64,000 nt of DNA, taken from the NCBI GenBank assembly GCA_016219115.1, contig JACRCH010000053.1, positions 7,322 through 71,321 on the forward strand, read 5' to 3'. The DNA comes from Deltaproteobacteria bacterium. Its GTDB lineage: Bacteria; Desulfobacterota; GWC2-55-46. Below the pieces are notes generated by a model. The model saw nothing but the letters and a program-made list of their open reading frames with translations, did no database searches and had not been told where the DNA came from. Shown here piece by piece: positions 18,593-27,908 of the stretch (position 1 is its first letter; each line of letters opens with the position of its first letter). The position numbers were made by a program, and so were the translations under genes.

Positions 18593-19150
18593 TCAATCTT
18601 TCTTTATCTTGAGAGCCTGACTGAGGGCCACTGATTTTTCAACCTTCATCAACTCGAATATCTTTGCGGCCTTCTTCTCGCTCATCCCCGAGAGGATCGT
18701 GACCGCCGTATTCGTATCGAGCTTTTCTATCCTTGGAGCCGCCTCTTCCGGGTTCATCGATTCATATATCTTCACCAGCCTTTTCACCCTCTCGCTGTCG
18801 GCGGCGTCGATCTTGCCTACGAAGGCCTCGATCTCGCCACGGACCTTTTTAAGCTCCTCGATCTTCGCCTCTATATCCTTCCTGATGACCTGAAGCCTTT
18901 CTTCCTTGACCCTGATATCTTCTTCCCTGGCGTCGAGTTCCTTCTGCCTTCTGTTTATCGCCGCGAGAAGCCCTTTTTCGTCCTCGGCTTTAGGGCTGTG
19001 CTTGTCCGCAGCCGTCTCTTGAGCGCCTTCGGAAGCCACGGCGGCTGAGGTGAGGCCGGTATTGAAGTAGCCCCATCCGCCTAACATCCAGACAGAGAGG
19101 ATCAGTATCTTCACTGCGGCCACGGCCGCCAAAATCCTGTATTTAATCAC
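18593..19150 (-). CDS. MotE/YlxF-family flagellar protein (MgtE_N-like domain)
   Basis: N-terminal TM segment, a coiled-coil region, and PEEAAPRIEKLDTNTAVTILSGMSEKKAAKIFELM, which is typical of the MgtE N-terminal-like fold. It occupies the position between fliJ and fliK that ylxF holds in Bacillus. Confidence 0.6.
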   Translation of the reverse strand: MIKYRILAAVAAVKILILSVWMLGGWGYFNTGLTSAAVASEGAQETAADKHSPKAEDEKGLLAAINRRQKELDAREEDIRVKEERLQVIRKDIEAKIEELKKVRGEIEAFVGKIDAADSERVKRLVKIYESMNPEEAAPRIEKLDTNTAVTILSGMSEKKAAKIFELMKVEKSVALSQALKIKKD

Positions 19151-19596
19151 GCGCGCTCCTTGCTCCTGAACCTGCTTGATGTCAGATCATCGGAAGCCTT
19201 CTGCTCAGCCTTGTCTTCCCTCATACTGTAGAGTCCGTATGACTTCTCCTTGAGAAGCTCAACGACCTTCTTTTTCTTTGCCGACTCCGCTAAAGATACC
19301 CTCTTCGCCTCAAAAAGCGCCCTTACATCGACGATTACCTTCTCCTGCTCCTCTATGTGCTCTTTAAGTCTGGTGATGTATGCGTAGTAGAGGCTGAACT
19401 CCTCCATCGGGGCGCCCTTCTCCTTCATCCCGTCGATCACGTCCGAGGACTTCCTGTAGCTCTCTTTTATCAGCTCCAACTTTGTCTCCTCGTCCTCCAG
19501 CCTCCTTAACGCTTCCCCGAACTCCTTCTTGCAGATATCCTCGAGCCTCATCCTGTAGTCGTACAGGGGCTCCAGACTGAAAACGAATCTGTTCAT
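19147..19596 (-). CDS. fliJ: flagellar export chaperone-like protein FliJ
   Basis: About 149 aa of predicted coiled coil (MNRFVFSLEPLYDYRMRLEDICKKEF..) located after fliI. The start is taken at MNRF. Confidence 0.65.
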   Translation of the reverse strand: MNRFVFSLEPLYDYRMRLEDICKKEFGEALRRLEDEETKLELIKESYRKSSDVIDGMKEKGAPMEEFSLYYAYITRLKEHIEEQEKVIVDVRALFEAKRVSLAESAKKKKVVELLKEKSYGLYSMREDKAEQKASDDLTSSRFRSKERA

Positions 19597-19767
19597 CTCA
19601 TCCTCGGTGTTATTGAGCCAGCGGCCCAAAAAGTCCATGTTCCATTTTTTATACATAAGCACGCCGCGCCCGGCTGAGTTTTCAGCAGGGGCCGCGTTTG
19701 CGGCTAAAATCCTTTGACCGTATCCCGGTTAAAAATTCCCTTCGTCCTCTTCGGCCAAAAGGGCTAT

Positions 19768-19869
19768 GAACATCCCCGCAAGCCTTGCTAGCGTGGTATC
19801 CCGAAGGGATATCTGTTTTTATATACGCGGCAAGCCGCGCATAATTCAACCCGAAGGAAATATTAAAAG
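19768..19869 (+). repeat. repeat family 2 copy in the fliI-fliJ spacer
   Basis: GAACATCCCCGCAAGCCTTGCTAGCGTGG..ATCTGTTTTTATATACGCGGCAAGCCGCGC..CCCGAAGGAAATATTAAAAG. It ends 4 nt from the fliI stop codon. Confidence 0.8.
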
Positions 19870-19873
19870 CGTC

Positions 19874-21199
19874 TCATACCGGTAATCCGAAAAGCCCCTG
19901 GAGGCAGTCGTCGTAGTTGACCCCTTCGGAGATGTCTTGCCTCAAATAATTATTGACCCTGTCTATCACCTTTATGGCGTGGTCCACTTTGGGGTCGCTC
20001 CCTTCTTTGTAGGCGCCGATGCTTATAAGGTCGTATGCCTTTTTGTAGGTGGCCAGTACCGCCTTTACCTTCATGGCAAAATTCCTGTGCTCCGGAGTCA
20101 CTATGTCCGTCATGACGCGGCTGATGCTCGCAAGGACGTCTATCGCCGGGTAGTGGCCCATGGCGGCCAGGTCCCTTGAAAGGACCACGTGCCCGTCGAG
20201 TATGGAGCGCGCGGCGTCAGCCACGGGGTCGTTTACGTCGTCGCCCTCGGCGAGTATCGTATAGAAAGCGGTTATCGACCCCTTGCCGCCGGAAGTCCCG
20301 GCCCTCTCAAGAAGCCGCGGCAGGAGCGCGAATACGGAGGGAGGATAACCCTTTGTAGCCGGTGGCTCGCCGACGGCGAGACCGACTTCCCTCTGGGCCA
20401 TCGCGAACCTCGTTATCGAGTCCATCATCAGAAGCACGTCCGCTCCCAGGTCCCTGAAGTACTCAGCCACGGCCGTAGCCATCATCGAGGCCCTCATCCT
20501 GATAAGAGGGGGCTGGTCCGAGGTGGCCACTATGACGACGGACCTTTTCAGTCCCTCTTCACCGAGGTCCTTTTCTATGAACTCCTTTACCTCTCTTCCC
20601 CTTTCGCCTATGAGCGCGATGACATTGACGTCGGCCTCGGTGTTTCTGGCCATCATGCCCATCAGAACGCTTTTTCCGATGCCGCTTCCCGCGAATATGC
20701 CTATCCTCTGCCCCTTTCCAACCGTAAGAAGGCCGTTTATCGCCTTCACGCCGACGTCGAGCGGTTTTTCTATTCTTTTGCGCATCAGGGGATTGGGAGG
20801 CGGGGAGTAAAGCGGGTACTCGGTATCGACTTCAACGGGACCAAGCCCGTCTATCGGGTTGCCGAGCGCGTCCAGGGTCCTCCCGAGCAGTTTTCTTCCG
20901 ACACTTACGGCAACGCTATTTCTCTTGGCCACAATCTTACTGCCGGGGCCTATCCCCCTCACCTCGCCAAGAGGCATGAGAAGTATCTTGTCGTCGGAGA
21001 ACCCGACGACCTCGCACTGTATCGGCTCGCCGTCGTCCTTGGGATATACGTGGCAGAACTCGCCGACCGAGGACCCGGGGCCGAGCCCCTCCATCACGAG
21101 GCCCACGACCCTCGTGATCCTGCCGTTGATCTTTATGGTGTCCATCTCATCAACGGCCTTTATGGTGTTTCTCAGAAAATCAACAGCCGTGTTAACCAT
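19874..21199 (-). CDS. fliI: flagellum-specific ATPase FliI
   Basis: Walker A GSGIGKSVLMGM, Walker B LLMMDSITR and F1-ATPase beta-like architecture. The start is taken at MVNTAV. Confidence 0.95.
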   Translation of the reverse strand: MVNTAVDFLRNTIKAVDEMDTIKINGRITRVVGLVMEGLGPGSSVGEFCHVYPKDDGEPIQCEVVGFSDDKILLMPLGEVRGIGPGSKIVAKRNSVAVSVGRKLLGRTLDALGNPIDGLGPVEVDTEYPLYSPPPNPLMRKRIEKPLDVGVKAINGLLTVGKGQRIGIFAGSGIGKSVLMGMMARNTEADVNVIALIGERGREVKEFIEKDLGEEGLKRSVVIVATSDQPPLIRMRASMMATAVAEYFRDLGADVLLMMDSITRFAMAQREVGLAVGEPPATKGYPPSVFALLPRLLERAGTSGGKGSITAFYTILAEGDDVNDPVADAARSILDGHVVLSRDLAAMGHYPAIDVLASISRVMTDIVTPEHRNFAMKVKAVLATYKKAYDLISIGAYKEGSDPKVDHAIKVIDRVNNYLRQDISEGVNYDDCLQGLFGLPV

Positions 21200-21824
21200 T
21201 ACGGAGCCTCTCCTCAATGTCGGCCAGAACTGAGTCTATGGCGGCGTCAACTTCCCCGTAGTTCGTCTCTATCACGCACCCGCCCTTGTCGATCTCCGGA
21301 TCAGCCTCTATTTTGAGTCCCTTTACGCCCGAGCCGGTGAACCTGCCCAGCTCACTCTTGTAGTTATTAAGGACTTCGAGGTCCTTGGGGTTCACCTTTA
21401 TCAGTATCTCGCCGGCCGCCACGACCGACTTTATCGCCACCCTCACGCAGTCGAGGACCGAATCTTTTTTCTCGACCTCTCTGTGTATCACCTTCCTGGC
21501 TATGGCGAGAGAAAGACCGACCATCTCCTGTTCGCACGGCCTGTAGAGGTTCTCCTTGAACTCCGAAAGCTCCTCAAGGACCTTCGCCAGGCCGATGAAG
21601 AGGACCTCGGCCTTTCTTACCCCGAGGTCAAAGCCGGCCTTCTCTCCTGCCGTGAATCCCTTCTCGTAGGCCTCTCTTTCAACGGCCACCAGGTCTCCGC
21701 CGACCTTCTCGCCTTGCCGGTCCCCGGACGCCGCGCCTTTGCCTGACGACCCTATGAACTCAAGGACAAAGGGCCCCGCGTCGACGGCGCGGTCAGTGTT
21801 TTTGAATATCTTAGATAAGGACAT
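21192..21824 (-). CDS. fliH: flagellar assembly protein FliH
   Basis: The position between fliG and fliI, plus a FliH/YscL-type C-terminal region. The start at MSLSKIF overlaps the fliG end by 14 nt, and the stop overlaps the fliI start. Confidence 0.8.
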   Translation of the reverse strand: MSLSKIFKNTDRAVDAGPFVLEFIGSSGKGAASGDRQGEKVGGDLVAVEREAYEKGFTAGEKAGFDLGVRKAEVLFIGLAKVLEELSEFKENLYRPCEQEMVGLSLAIARKVIHREVEKKDSVLDCVRVAIKSVVAAGEILIKVNPKDLEVLNNYKSELGRFTGSGVKGLKIEADPEIDKGGCVIETNYGEVDAAIDSVLADIEERLRNG

Positions 21825-22827
21825 CGCCGCCTCTTCCAGCCCGCACGATCTTGCCTTCGCCCTCAAGCCTTCTGGCTATCTTTATTATCTCCTGCTGTGC
21901 CTTCTCAACGTCGCTCAGTTTTACCGGTCCCCTTGTCTCCAGGTCTTCCTTGAGCATCTCCGCGGCCCTCTCGGACATGTTCTTGAGGAACTTATCCTTT
22001 ATGTTTTCGTCCGCGCCCTTCAACGCGAGCGTCAGTATGTCGCTGGTGAGCTCCTTGATGACAAGCTGCATGCCCTTGTCGTCTATGGTCAGGAGGTCGG
22101 CGAAGATGAACATCTTCTCCTGTATCTTGAAGGCGAGGTCCGGGCTGGTCTTTTCTATGACGTCCATTATCGCGCCCTCGGCCTTGGCCTCTATCTGGTT
22201 CAATATCTCCGCCGCCACTTTTACCCCTTCCACGGTGGAACCCTGACTGCTGTTGGCGTTGAGCATCTGGTCGCTCAAAAGGATCTCGAGGTCCCTTACG
22301 GCTGCCTGCGGGATCCTTTTAAGCGTTGCGATCCTGAGCATTATCTCGCCCCTTTGCCTCTCCTCCGGTATATGGAGGAGTACCTGGGCGGCCCTGTCCG
22401 GGTCAAGGTGCGCCAGTATTATCGCTGTTATCTGCGGGTGCTCCGACTTTACGATATTCGCCACTATCGCGGGGTCCATCCACCTCAAGGACTCTATCCC
22501 GCCCTTACCCATATCCTGGGTTATCTGCTCGAGTATCGTCTTGGCCTTCTCAGGGCCCAGCGCCTTGGTTATGATGGACTTTGCGAACTCAAGCCCCTCA
22601 ACGGCGATCTCTCCGGTGCTTATCGTCTCGATGAACTCGTTCACAACCTGCCTGCCGGTCTGCAGCGATACCGTCTCTTTTTTCACGATGCTGCCTCCGA
22701 GGAGCTGTATCTCGGTAGGGGTCATGTATTTGAAGACCTCGGTGGCGAGGTCTTCTCCGATGTTCATAAGAAGCACGGCGGCTTTTTCCACGCCTTTGAG
22801 TTTCGGGTCCCTGGTCATTGCCGTCAA
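21811..22827 (-). CDS. fliG: flagellar motor switch protein FliG
   Basis: EHPQ motif (SEHPQITAIILAHL) and a C-terminal torque-generating domain (LTIDDKGMQLVIKEL, RGPVKLSDVEKAQQEI). Confidence 0.95.
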   Translation of the reverse strand: MTAMTRDPKLKGVEKAAVLLMNIGEDLATEVFKYMTPTEIQLLGGSIVKKETVSLQTGRQVVNEFIETISTGEIAVEGLEFAKSIITKALGPEKAKTILEQITQDMGKGGIESLRWMDPAIVANIVKSEHPQITAIILAHLDPDRAAQVLLHIPEERQRGEIMLRIATLKRIPQAAVRDLEILLSDQMLNANSSQGSTVEGVKVAAEILNQIEAKAEGAIMDVIEKTSPDLAFKIQEKMFIFADLLTIDDKGMQLVIKELTSDILTLALKGADENIKDKFLKNMSERAAEMLKEDLETRGPVKLSDVEKAQQEIIKIARRLEGEGKIVRAGRGGDVLI

Positions 22828-24392
22828 TTCTCCTTTATCCAGCCCTTGAGGACCATAGCCACCTGCTGCGGGTTATCCTTTACGACTTTCTTGAGCTTGT
22901 GAATAGTCTCTTCCTCCGCGGGCCTGGCGCCGGCCTGAAGCGCGTACTCATTGGCGCCCTGGCCGAGGGCGCCCTCGCGGGATTGCGCGGTCATCGTGAC
23001 CCCTTCTCTTTCCTGCATGAGCTTTTTTATCACCGGTCTCGCGACAAGGAATATGGCCAGAACGGCTACGAGCACCATCGCCCCGTACTTGATGAGGACC
23101 GGGACAAGGTAAGGCGGAACTATCGGCTGTTTTTCCGTCTCCGGCGCGTTGTCCGGCACGTCGGACTCAAACGGGGTAGAGACTACCGTTATAACGTCTC
23201 CCCTGTCCTTGGTGTAGCCGACGGCGCCCTTTACCATATCCGTATATTTGGCGAGCTCGGCGTCGGTGCGCGCGCTGTATTTTTTCGTCTCCTTGCCGTC
23301 GGCGCCCTTTACCGTCTCGTAGTTGCCGTCTACAAGGACCGCAACGGACATCTTCTTTATACCGCCGACCGGCTCGACGACCCTGCTTACCACCTTGCTT
23401 ATCTCGTAGTTTATGACCTCGTCCTGCCTCTGCGACTGTGACGGGGTCACATTAGGCGTCTGCGGGCCCTTGGCCGAGTCCGGGAGGTTGGACATCACGC
23501 CCGGCACGCCCGCGGCCACCGCGCCCCCTATGGTCTTCTCCTTGTTCCGCTGCTCGCTTCTTACGACCTGGCTGTTCGGGTCGAAGGTCTCTTCGGTGCG
23601 CTCCACCTGCTTGGTGTCTACGTCCACGGAGACGCGCGCCACGGCCTTGTTCATCCCTACGGTCTTCTCGAGCATCGACTGTATCCTTGATTCCATGTCC
23701 TTCTCAACGGACCTCTTGTACTCAAGCTGGCTTGCCGTGAGCTTGAGGACATTGTCCTCTTCGCTCCCCTTCGTCCACATCCTCCCGGCGGTATCGACAA
23801 CGGTGACGTCCTCGGGCCTCAGGTTCTCGAAGCTGTTGGCCACGAGGTGCGCCACGGCGCTGACCTGTCCGGCGCTTAAAGTTTTACCCGGTTTGAGTTT
23901 TACGATTATCGAGGCGCGGGCCTTTTTCTGCTCGTCGAGAAAGACGCCCTTCTCTGGCAACGCCAGATGCACTCTGGCGCTTTCGATCTCCTTTATCTGC
24001 GAGATGGTCCTGGCAAGCTCTCCCTGCAGGGCCCTCCTGTAGTTTATCTTCTGAACGAAATCGGTGACGCCGAAGCTCGTTTTGTCGAATATCTCGAAAC
24101 CGACCCCGCCGCCCTGGGGCAGCCCCTCGCCGGCAAGCTCCATCCTGGTCTCGTAGACCTTCTCGGCCGGGACGCTTATGGTGGTGCCGTCGACTTTGTA
24201 TTCGATCCTCTTCTCCTTGAGCTTTTCTATCACCGCCCCCGAGTCCTCGGGCGACAGCTGCGAGAAAAGGACCTTGTACTCGGGCCCCTGGTTAAACAGA
24301 AAGAGCGCCACCACGGCCGTAATGACAGCGGCTACTACCCCTAAAGCGGCCGTTTTCCTGTTCTGCTTGAGAAGTTCAAATATCTTTTCCAT
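22824..24392 (-). CDS. fliF: MS-ring protein FliF
   Basis: 522 aa with an N-terminal TM segment, a YscJ/FliF ring-building domain and a C-terminal TM segment. It overlaps the fliG start by 4 nt. Confidence 0.95.
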   Translation of the reverse strand: MEKIFELLKQNRKTAALGVVAAVITAVVALFLFNQGPEYKVLFSQLSPEDSGAVIEKLKEKRIEYKVDGTTISVPAEKVYETRMELAGEGLPQGGGVGFEIFDKTSFGVTDFVQKINYRRALQGELARTISQIKEIESARVHLALPEKGVFLDEQKKARASIIVKLKPGKTLSAGQVSAVAHLVANSFENLRPEDVTVVDTAGRMWTKGSEEDNVLKLTASQLEYKRSVEKDMESRIQSMLEKTVGMNKAVARVSVDVDTKQVERTEETFDPNSQVVRSEQRNKEKTIGGAVAAGVPGVMSNLPDSAKGPQTPNVTPSQSQRQDEVINYEISKVVSRVVEPVGGIKKMSVAVLVDGNYETVKGADGKETKKYSARTDAELAKYTDMVKGAVGYTKDRGDVITVVSTPFESDVPDNAPETEKQPIVPPYLVPVLIKYGAMVLVAVLAIFLVARPVIKKLMQEREGVTMTAQSREGALGQGANEYALQAGARPAEEETIHKLKKVVKDNPQQVAMVLKGWIKEN

Positions 24393-24395
24393 TGG

Positions 24396-24698
24396 TTATA
24401 CCTGCATCCTCATGACTTCTTCGTAGGCCGCAAGAAGTTTATTCCTCACCTGGAGCATCATATTGAACGAGAGGTTGGCCTTCTCGATCGCTATCATCGT
24501 CTCATGCACGTTTTTGACCTCGCCGCTCGCAAGGCCCTCTATCGCCTTATCGGCCTCGGTCTGAAGCTTGTTGACCTTGTCGATGGAGTCCTTCAAAACG
24601 GTACTGAAGGTGTCTTGCGCGCCGGCCCCTCCCGTATCCGTTTTTTTAAACGCTTCAAGCGGCACTTTCAGCATCCCGCCCTTTATTGACTCTACCAT
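24396..24698 (-). CDS. fliE: hook-basal body complex protein FliE
   Basis: 100 aa with the conserved C-terminus (AIEKANLSFNMMLQVRNKLLAAYEEVMRMQV). Confidence 0.9.
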   Translation of the reverse strand: MVESIKGGMLKVPLEAFKKTDTGGAGAQDTFSTVLKDSIDKVNKLQTEADKAIEGLASGEVKNVHETMIAIEKANLSFNMMLQVRNKLLAAYEEVMRMQV

Positions 24699-24712
24699 TA
24701 CAACCCTCCTTA

Positions 24713-25141
24713 TTACCCGCCTATCTCAAGGGCCTTTACGGCCATCTCTCTTGTGGCCTTCAGCGCGTTTACGTTCGCCTCGTAGCTTCTTGAGGCCGTT
24801 ATCATGTTTACCATCTCCTCGGCCACGTTCACGTTCGGGTAAGCCACATAACCCTTGTCGTCGGCGTCCGGATGGTTGGGCTCGTAGGCGTACTTGAACG
24901 GCTTTCCGTCCTCGATGATGCCGGCCACCTTAACCGAGTTCTGATAGCCGTCGACGGATGTCTTTAAAAAACCGCCGAACCCGCCTTCGGCCTGCGCGGC
25001 GAAAACAATGTCTTTTCTCCTGTAAGGCCCGCCCTGGGCCGTCTTTGTGGTGTCCGCGTTGGCGAGGTTGCTGGCGATGATGTTCATCCTCAACCTCTGC
25101 GCCTCCATGCCGGACGCGCTGACTGAAAACATGTCTCCCAT
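24713..25141 (-). CDS. flgC: proximal rod protein FlgC
   Basis: MEAQRLRMNIIASNLANADTT N-terminus and a SRSYEANVNALKATREM C-terminus. Confidence 0.95.
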   Translation of the reverse strand: MGDMFSVSASGMEAQRLRMNIIASNLANADTTKTAQGGPYRRKDIVFAAQAEGGFGGFLKTSVDGYQNSVKVAGIIEDGKPFKYAYEPNHPDADDKGYVAYPNVNVAEEMVNMITASRSYEANVNALKATREMAVKALEIGG

Positions 25142-25144
25142 ATG

Positions 25145-25555
25145 TTATCTGCCTCCTTCCTTTATCGCCGTCATGAGGAGATTGAACTTGCTTTTAAGCA
25201 TCTTGGCCGAGGCGTTGTACATGATGGAGTTCTCCGAGAGCTTTACCATCTCGCCCTCTATGCCCACGGAGTTCCTGTCGTAGCTCTCCATGTCCGTGGG
25301 ACGCTCCACCACGGCGGGAGAGGCGCCGGTTCCCCTTATGGGGATCAGGTGCGCCGTATTTGTGCGCGCAAGTGGCGCCGAGAGTGCATTGCCCTGTTTT
25401 TTTCTGAGTTCGTCTTCGAAGTTTATGTCGACCGCCCGGTAGCCGGGGGTCTCCTGGTTTGCTATGTTGGAGGCCAGAAGCTTGTTTCTGGCTGCCCTCA
25501 GATCGAGAGTATTGCCGAGAAGTGATATCGTCTTGTCGAACAAACCGTTACCCAT
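25145..25555 (-). CDS. flgB: proximal rod protein FlgB
   Basis: RAARNKLLASNIANQETPGYR motif. The start at MGNGLF has AAGGAGG upstream, and the longer tracked ORF (to 25600) would run into the sigma-54 promoter. Confidence 0.9.
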   Translation of the reverse strand: MGNGLFDKTISLLGNTLDLRAARNKLLASNIANQETPGYRAVDINFEDELRKKQGNALSAPLARTNTAHLIPIRGTGASPAVVERPTDMESYDRNSVGIEGEMVKLSENSIMYNASAKMLKSKFNLLMTAIKEGGR

Positions 25556-25588
25556 GTGACCTCCTTTCGAGCCTGTGCATTGGATAAA

Positions 25589-25604
25589 TGCAATATCCAT
25601 ACCA
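25589..25604 (-). promoter_or_regulatory. sigma-54 promoter of the flgB-to-fliJ operon
   Basis: The reverse strand reads TGGTATGGATATTGCA with correct -24 GG / -12 GC spacing, 34 nt upstream of the flgB ATG. Confidence 0.7.
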
Positions 25605-25673
25605 ATTCTGAAGGAGTACGGCAGAAAAGGCTTTTAACGCCGGAAAAATTTTAGGCAACCGGCTAAAAGCTCC

Positions 25674-27008
25674 CTAACCGGGTAAATTTTGCCCATATTC
25701 CTTCAATTTATTCCTCAAAGTCCTCACCGAGATACCAAGAAGCTCGGCGGCCTTTGTCCTGTTACCCTCCACATCGTCAAGGGTTTTACATATAAGGCCC
25801 TTTTCCATCTCCCAGATCGTCATATTATTGACTGGCTCGCCCGTGACATGATAGTTCTCCCTCTCTTCCCGATCTTCGTCTACAAGCAGACTTTCAAGCT
25901 CAAGGGTCGTGCCCTGGCTTAAAAGCACCGCGCGCTCGATGGCGTTTTCCATCTCACGGATGTTGCCCCTCCACTCGCGCCCCTTTATATGATCGAGGGC
26001 CTCCTTTGAAATCTCCTCAACGCGCCTTGAGTATTTGAAAGCGAACTTGTTCATGAAGGCCTCGGCCAGATATACTATGTCGGTGGACCGTTCACGGAGC
26101 GGAGGCAGCGTCAGCGGGAATATGTTGAGCCTGTAGAAGAGGTCCTCCCTGAAGCGCCCCTCCTTGACCTCTTTTTTCATGTCCCTGTTCGTGGTGGCGA
26201 TTATCCTTATGTCAAGCGGGACGGCTACCTTGCCGCCGAGCCTCTCGACCTCTTTTTCCTGTATCACCCTCAATAGCTTAGCCTGGAGCTTCAGGTCCAT
26301 CTCGCTTATCTCGTCTAAAAGTATCGTGCCGGTGTTGGCCTGCTCGAACTTTCCGTGCCTCTGATTCATAGCGCCGGTAAAAGCGCCCTTCTCGTGGCCG
26401 AAAAGCTCGCTCTCAAGGAGGCCCTCCGGGATAGACGCGCAGTTTACCGCCACAAAGGGGTTATCCTTCCTCGGGCTCCTGGTGTGCAGAAACCTTGCCA
26501 GCAGTTCCTTGCCCGTGCCGCTCTCTCCGGAGATAAGCACCGTAGCGTCGCTTGAGGCGGCCACCGAGGCTATCGATATGAGCCTGTTCATAGACGGGTC
26601 CTTCGTGAGCATCGACTTTCCCTTTGACTCGAAGGAAGACAGATCCTCAGTGTGCCTGAACGCCTTTTCAACCGTAGTCTCAAGGGCCTCAAGCGTAAAC
26701 GGCTTGAGGATAAAATCAACGGCGCCTTCCTTTACGGCCTCTACCGCCTTCTGTATGGTCCCGAACGCCGTAATAAGGAGCACCGGCACGTGCGGCGCGG
26801 CCTTCTTTATGCCCTTCAATACGTCCATGCCCCCTAGCCCCGGCATCTTCATGTCGCTTATAACCATGCCGTAACTCGATTCGCTTATCTTTTTAAGGGC
26901 CTCTTTGCCGTCTTCCGCCAGATCGATGGAATAGCCTTTCCTTCCCAAAGCCTCTTTTATGGCAAACCGCATATCGGCTTCGTCATCGACCACGAGTATG
27001 GTGTTCAT
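25674..27008 (-). CDS. sigma-54-dependent response regulator (receiver + AAA+ + Fis-type HTH; FlrC/FleR-like)
   Basis: MNTILVVDDE receiver with ISDMKMPG; GESGTGKELLARFLH Walker A; GAFTGA motif (EKGAFTGAMN); C-terminal HTH (NRTKAAELLGISVRTLRNKL). The start has AAGGAG upstream. Confidence 0.9.
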   Translation of the reverse strand: MNTILVVDDEADMRFAIKEALGRKGYSIDLAEDGKEALKKISESSYGMVISDMKMPGLGGMDVLKGIKKAAPHVPVLLITAFGTIQKAVEAVKEGAVDFILKPFTLEALETTVEKAFRHTEDLSSFESKGKSMLTKDPSMNRLISIASVAASSDATVLISGESGTGKELLARFLHTRSPRKDNPFVAVNCASIPEGLLESELFGHEKGAFTGAMNQRHGKFEQANTGTILLDEISEMDLKLQAKLLRVIQEKEVERLGGKVAVPLDIRIIATTNRDMKKEVKEGRFREDLFYRLNIFPLTLPPLRERSTDIVYLAEAFMNKFAFKYSRRVEEISKEALDHIKGREWRGNIREMENAIERAVLLSQGTTLELESLLVDEDREERENYHVTGEPVNNMTIWEMEKGLICKTLDDVEGNRTKAAELLGISVRTLRNKLKEYGQNLPG

Positions 27009-27057
27009 AGCTGCGCTCCTTTTCCGTATTGCCCGCCCGGTTGCCTTGAAAGACTCC

Positions 27058-27894
27058 TCAGCAGACGATCCTGCGTTCACCCGCCACCGGCAGGCTTATT
27101 AGAAATGCCGTCCCTTCGCCATGTCTGGACCTTACGTCTATCGAGCCGTTGTGTCCGTTGACGACGGTAGAGACTATCGCGAGCCCCAGGCCCGTACCCC
27201 TCTCCTTGGTGGAGAAGAACGGGTCGAATATCCTGTCGATATGCTCCTCTGGTATCCCCTTTCCGGTATCCTTTATCTCTATCTGGAGGAAATTCATCGT
27301 CTCCTCGTCAAGCCTTGTCCTTACGGTCAGAGTCCCGCCCTCCTCCATCGCGTCAAGGGAGTTGAGGAAGATGTTTAAAAACATCTGCCGCAACTGCGCG
27401 GGGTCGGCCATGATACGGGTCCTGCCCTCGTACCAGCACTTGATGCTCACACCCTTTTTCTCGTGTCCCCTTGTCAACAGGACCGACTCCTCTATCACTT
27501 CCTTGATCTCGACCTGCTTTAGTCTGGCTCCGGGGGCTGTGGCGAAAAGGAGCATGTTCGAAAGGAGGTTGTCCAGGGTCTTAACGCCCTTTGTTATATG
27601 CTCCGCGAGCTTTCTCTTCTCGCCGTCATGGGTAAGCTCCCTTTCAAGGAGTGTTGCGAGTATCGCCATGGAGCCCAGCGGGTTTCTGATCTCGTGGGCT
27701 ATCTTGGCCGCCATCTCGCCCATCGCCGCCAGCCTCCTGGTCCTCTCCATCGCACTGTTCTTCTCGGCGATCTCCTCGTTAAGTTCCTCGATCTTGCTCT
27801 CAAGCATCGCGTACTGCTGCTCAAGCTTCTTTGACGCGTTCCTGAACGTGTTGAAGGCGTCGTTTAAAAGGTCGACCTGGATGTTTTCCGGCAT
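27058..27894 (-). CDS. soluble sensor histidine kinase (FlrB/FleS-like)
   Basis: Coiled-coil N-terminus, H-box AHEIRNPL, N box, and G boxes DTGKGI / GTGLGLAIV. No TM segments. Confidence 0.85.
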   Translation of the reverse strand: MPENIQVDLLNDAFNTFRNASKKLEQQYAMLESKIEELNEEIAEKNSAMERTRRLAAMGEMAAKIAHEIRNPLGSMAILATLLERELTHDGEKRKLAEHITKGVKTLDNLLSNMLLFATAPGARLKQVEIKEVIEESVLLTRGHEKKGVSIKCWYEGRTRIMADPAQLRQMFLNIFLNSLDAMEEGGTLTVRTRLDEETMNFLQIEIKDTGKGIPEEHIDRIFDPFFSTKERGTGLGLAIVSTVVNGHNGSIDVRSRHGEGTAFLISLPVAGERRIVC

Positions 27895-27908
27895 TTTATC
27901 GCTCCGTT

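Noticed and set aside
20189-21316. Long antisense ORFs opposite well-supported genes. Examples are 20189-21316 and 21739-22902 opposite fliI/fliH/fliG, 8262-9056 opposite flhB, 36530-37507 opposite the ABC ATPase, 56882-57937 opposite glyA, and 59377-60129 opposite fabF.
   Set aside because: Their translations are Arg/His/Gly/Pro-rich with no recognisable motifs. This is typical of shadow ORFs in GC-rich DNA. The opposite strand carries unambiguous conserved proteins in every case.
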